From contig NC_058371.1 in assembly GCF_018350175.1 (NCBI RefSeq), forward strand, positions 6,944,001 through 7,008,000: a stretch of DNA of 64,000 nt, written 5' to 3'. Origin of the DNA: Felis catus (taxonomy: Eukaryota). The notes beneath the pieces are model-generated. The model was not told where the DNA came from. It saw only the letters and a program-made list of their open reading frames with translations, and made no database searches. Within the stretch, counting starts at the first letter, position 1; each line of letters begins with the position of its first letter. Position numbers and translations under genes: made by a program. Of the stretch, positions 62,656-64,000 are shown in pieces.

Positions 62656-63049
62656 GAAAAGGACATATTCTGGGAGTGGGAGATGGGTTCTGGACAGGGT
62701 ACATCATATATGACTCGTGAGCTCCAGGATATTTAATGTCTGAACCTCTGTGGGGGGAGGGACCACAGCAGGGATTGGAGATTTCAGACTGAATAGAAAT
62801 GAGCCACATGGAAAGATTTGGACAAACACCAGCCTAGACATGACCTAGTACAAGTAAGTTTGATCCGCAGATCTGAAGGTCCTAATGAGCCTGCTGGGGA
62901 GATTCCAAGGCAGACCATCCTTGGCTAGGAAAGGATAACTGACAGAAGGACACAGAGCTTGTCATGTGCAATCCCCATCTCCAGAATAGTGGCTCTCCCC
63001 TCCCCCCCCTGCCCCTGCTGCTTCACCACACCTCCAAGGATCCACTTAC

Positions 63050-63115
63050 CCTAGGATCTTCCTCCACTGGCCTGGGAGTCCTGCACACCATGGATACCCT
63101 GTGTTGCCTCTTCAT
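63050..63115 (-). CDS. FAM90A: FAM90A-like first coding exon (MKRQHRVSMVCRTPRPVEEDPR); exon acceptor near 63226
   Basis: Ends EEDPR|gtaagt like human FAM90A. In-frame ATG at 63115; the upstream ATG at 63168 is out of frame. Joined CDS is 1305 nt = 434 aa plus stop. Confidence 0.75.
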
Positions 63116-64000
63116 TTTGGGGCATTCAAGGGTCTGTAAAATTCCTGCTTGGTATGACCTCCTACCATCTGCCCCACTCCTTGGAGGGTCAGGTCAGCCC
63201 TCCGCAGATAGGGATTTTTGGATTTCCTGAGTCAAAAGAGAAAGGAGAGTCATATTCACATAGATACTTGACTCTTTCATGTACCCCTTCTCCCAACAAG
63301 CATGAGGGGGCGTCATGACCTCCAGGTCAAATACAGTCTTCACCCTGCATGACCTCTCCTTCCTGCATGTTCTGCACAGTCTCCTGAGGACCCATCCCCA
63401 GCAGGAAAGCCTTAGGAAAGGCAGGGGAGGTGGTCTTGAATGACTCATTGGAGAGACTTTCATGAAGTCTCTCAACTGTACTCTGGTATGAAAACCACAG
63501 GAAATACTGCCCTGACTTACACGAGAAATACTGCCCCAACATACACAAGTATGCTTGACTCTCAAAAAACGGAACTGCCCATTTGACATAAAAGGAAGCC
63601 ATTTTCAAATACAAAATCAATTCCAAAAACCTAGTATCCCTTCTGCTAGATTGGAATCTTCCAAAGTGAATATCTGAACTCTTTTATTTATGGTTTCTTT
63701 CCAGGTCCCCACTCTGAATTTCCTTATAAACCATGGGAAATGAATATCAAAACTCCGGTGAACTCGGAGAGAAATTTTTAGGCTTTCAGACCCGAAAGTG
63801 TCACCCGAAAGCCTGGTGAAATGGAGCAGGATGCTGTCACTGCTCCCGCATGCCCCCACACCAATCAGACTCTGGGGTTCAGTTCCTTTGGAACCTGAAC
63901 CTCATGTCCTCAGGAACATTGAGAGCCATCCCTTTCCTCAGTCTCTGCCCTCAGAATACTCTTCAACACTAAAGAGTCCTTCACTTGGTGAGTAGAGGCA

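Overview
Mammalian (felid) genomic DNA, judged from about 30 cat-type Can-SINEs. The window is part of the beta-defensin cluster corresponding to human 8p23.1, in reverse orientation. From left to right it holds: a complete three-exon SPAG11 isoform C (-); an intact DEFB104 mature-peptide exon (-) whose own signal-peptide exon I could not find; an intact DEFB106 (-); an intact three-exon DEFB105 (+); and DEFB107 (+) with Cys2 changed to Arg and Cys6 changed to a stop. Beyond the defensins lie a solo LTR, a decayed class I ERV (-) lacking its 5' LTR and joined directly to a 5'-truncated USP17-like pseudogene (+), and a potentially coding FAM90A-like gene (-) with a shifted start and two apparently fused exons. 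The rest is L1, L2, MaLR and DNA-transposon remains, microsatellites and two assembly gaps. Gene names come from by-eye recognition of translations and gene order; no database search was run. Repeat boundaries are approximate. I found no wholly new system; the strongest leads are unusual gene-structure changes.
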